From Atractiella rhizophila (lineage: Eukaryota): a DNA stretch of 64,000 nucleotides. Each line of letters starts with the position of its first letter. Positions within the stretch are counted from its first letter, which is position 1. The position numbers and the translations under genes are program-made. This document shows, one piece after another, positions 62,183 to 64,000 of the stretch. The notes below the pieces were generated by a model. The model saw only the letters and a program-made list of their open reading frames with translations. It was not told where the DNA came from and made no database searches. The stretch spans positions 80,022 through 144,021 of the forward strand of contig MU271207.1 in the NCBI GenBank assembly GCA_021432655.1. The letters are read 5' to 3'.

Positions 62183-63625
62183 CTACATCCCAGAACTGGG
62201 ACCGAACCACTCTTCCACGAGTTTCCCAACGTGCTCCTTCCATTTCGTCATTCTCTCGAGATCCAAATGGAACGCTATGGCACCAAAGAGAAAGACAGCA
62301 ACGAAGAGGACGAGGAAGTAAAGTGACCGCAGTGTTGCAACACGACGGTTTTTCGATGCCAAATTCGACGAGATAAGCGGATCGGTCTCTACTGCTTCAG
62401 ACGAGCGAGCGACCTTCCCGCCTCGTTCGACGTCATTGCTTCGCGTCCTCCTTAAGCACCCGAATATCCCGCATGTCCTACCTTCCTTCGCTTGCTCACT
62501 CTCATCTTCTTCATCCGAAAATGTTGGCGGCTGATCCATGAACGGAGTATAAACCTTCGAATTTGGACGATGATATTCTTTAAGCGAAGGACGGCGAGTG
62601 GAGGTGCTGGTGTCAACGCCCTCGAAGGGACGGATCGTTTTCGAGCTCTCTCCGCGAGTTAAAGGCAACGGGGTGACAGATCGCAATGGAGAGGAAGGGG
62701 GAAGGGGTTTAGGGGTAACAATCGGGACGGATTTTATGTTCGCGGCCGATGACGATGCAACACGTTTTGAAGGAGGAACGATAGGCATGGCCGACGAAGA
62801 GGGATATTTGAAGTCAGGAACGGACGAGGGTTTAGCCAGTTTCGCTTGTTCAGCCGCAAGAGATGGGATCCTCGATTTCCCTTTATTCTCCTTCCCACCG
62901 CCTTCTCTCTTCGACCGTCTCTCCTCTTCTCTTCGAGCGCCCAATTCAATGCTCTTCTGCAAGTCCCTCTTGTGTCTTCGAAACTCATTCATCTCTCTTC
63001 TTTGACCCTGACTGTGCAACGATGTCTCGCTTCCACGCTGAGCCAGCGAACGAACATCCTTGTCTCTCCTCCAGAAGCTCTCTTCGAACTCAGCTGAAGG
63101 AGGAGGGGAGCGCAAGATGACGCTTTCCCCATCCTCGTCATCGTTCGACTTCCATCGGCTTTGACGGAATGGTCCCGAGGTCGAAGCGTACGAGTACGCC
63201 TGAGGCTCTGTGCCTCTTCTGGAAGTGAAAGGGCTCGTCTCCCTGGACCGCAACGGGCTGGTTTCTCTACGTGCCACAGAGCCATAGTAACCGGAATCTA
63301 CGCGGTCTTTATCGGATGCCTGTAGACGGAAGGAAGAGTGTTCCCCATCCGCAGACACTGCCGAGTCGATGGAGTCTATACGCCGGATTTTTCGGTAGTC
63401 GGGAGACGTAGAGTGAATGCTTTCCGTCGGCGTGTGAATAAAACGAGTACGAGAGATGGAGGAGGAGGAGGGAATGCGAATGGCGGTTATATTGCGAGCA
63501 GCTATCGCAGCAGCGCGGCTCGGAGTGGTTGGTCCATCTGGTTGACGTATAACGGGAGATGAAGGTGCCATGCTATCTTGCAGACTGGTAGAAACCATCT
63601 GTGAGTATGCTGAAGCCGAAGGCAT
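62183..63625 (-). CDS. Hypothetical S/R/P-rich disordered protein with a single C-terminal TM helix
   Basis: ~480-codon uninterrupted ORF with hydrophobic LYFLVLFVAVFLFGAIAF near the C-terminus. Confidence 0.7.
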   Translation of the reverse strand: MPSASAYSQMVSTSLQDSMAPSSPVIRQPDGPTTPSRAAAIAARNITAIRIPSSSSISRTRFIHTPTESIHSTSPDYRKIRRIDSIDSAVSADGEHSSFRLQASDKDRVDSGYYGSVARRETSPLRSRETSPFTSRRGTEPQAYSYASTSGPFRQSRWKSNDDEDGESVILRSPPPSAEFEESFWRRDKDVRSLAQRGSETSLHSQGQRREMNEFRRHKRDLQKSIELGARREEERRSKREGGGKENKGKSRIPSLAAEQAKLAKPSSVPDFKYPSSSAMPIVPPSKRVASSSAANIKSVPIVTPKPLPPSSPLRSVTPLPLTRGESSKTIRPFEGVDTSTSTRRPSLKEYHRPNSKVYTPFMDQPPTFSDEEDESEQAKEGRTCGIFGCLRRTRSNDVERGGKVARSSEAVETDPLISSNLASKNRRVATLRSLYFLVLFVAVFLFGAIAFHLDLERMTKWKEHVGKLVEEWFGPSSGM

Positions 63626-64000
63626 GATTTCGATATCATTATGACAATCCAACGAACTTTTACATGCAGCCTGGGGGAGCAGCTCTCCTGGCAGGATAAC
63701 ACCAATTTCCTCTCATGTCTTCTTTGATACTGACGGTCAACGAGCGGAGAGATAGAACATTCAGTCACTATTCGTTGAAAGGAAGTAGAACCAAGACAGG
63801 GTACTTTCAATTGAGCCATTTGTAATGACATCGAAAGCCAACATGCATTCACCTTCATAACACAAAGTGAAAAGTCAAAGTCTTAGGGCTTCCTCCGAAT
63901 GGTAACACTTTACTTGACCAAAGTTCAGTGCTGTGGAAGCGCGTCGCAGCCCTCATTACAAATCAAATTTCGCTGAGGCTCCTTTACACCACTAGCAGGC

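Overview
Eukaryotic, intron-rich fungal DNA, most likely a basidiomycete (many 45-60 nt introns with GTGCGT/GTCCGT/GTTCGT-type donors), from a draft assembly with three 25-N gaps. Genes I can support after manual splicing: the 3' half of a Sut1-like sugar transporter cut off by a repeat, an AYR1-like SDR, a Zn2Cys6 transcription factor, a CSC1/OSCA (TMEM63) channel, DCN1, a large RhoGAP-like (Msb1/Mug8-type) protein with about 22 phase-0 E/R/K/A repeat exons, an F-box protein, THG1, an M28 aminopeptidase, a TOK1 K+ channel, a secreted aldose 1-epimerase, a HET-C protein and a tail-anchored disordered protein. Several local duplications (7.7 kb across the gap at 33.77 kb; 0.27, 0.46 and 0.87 kb tandems) look mostly like haplotype or assembly artefacts. 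The strongest lead is intron 1 of DCN1 (25760-26937, 1178 nt, about 20x the usual intron here). On the sense strand it carries a 1.5-repeat telomere template (CCCUAACCC) flanked by hairpins, then a pseudoknot-like crossing of helices with U-rich and A-rich tracts, then a possible three-way junction. This makes it a candidate intron-hosted telomerase RNA. All pairings were found by eye and need covariation and expression tests.
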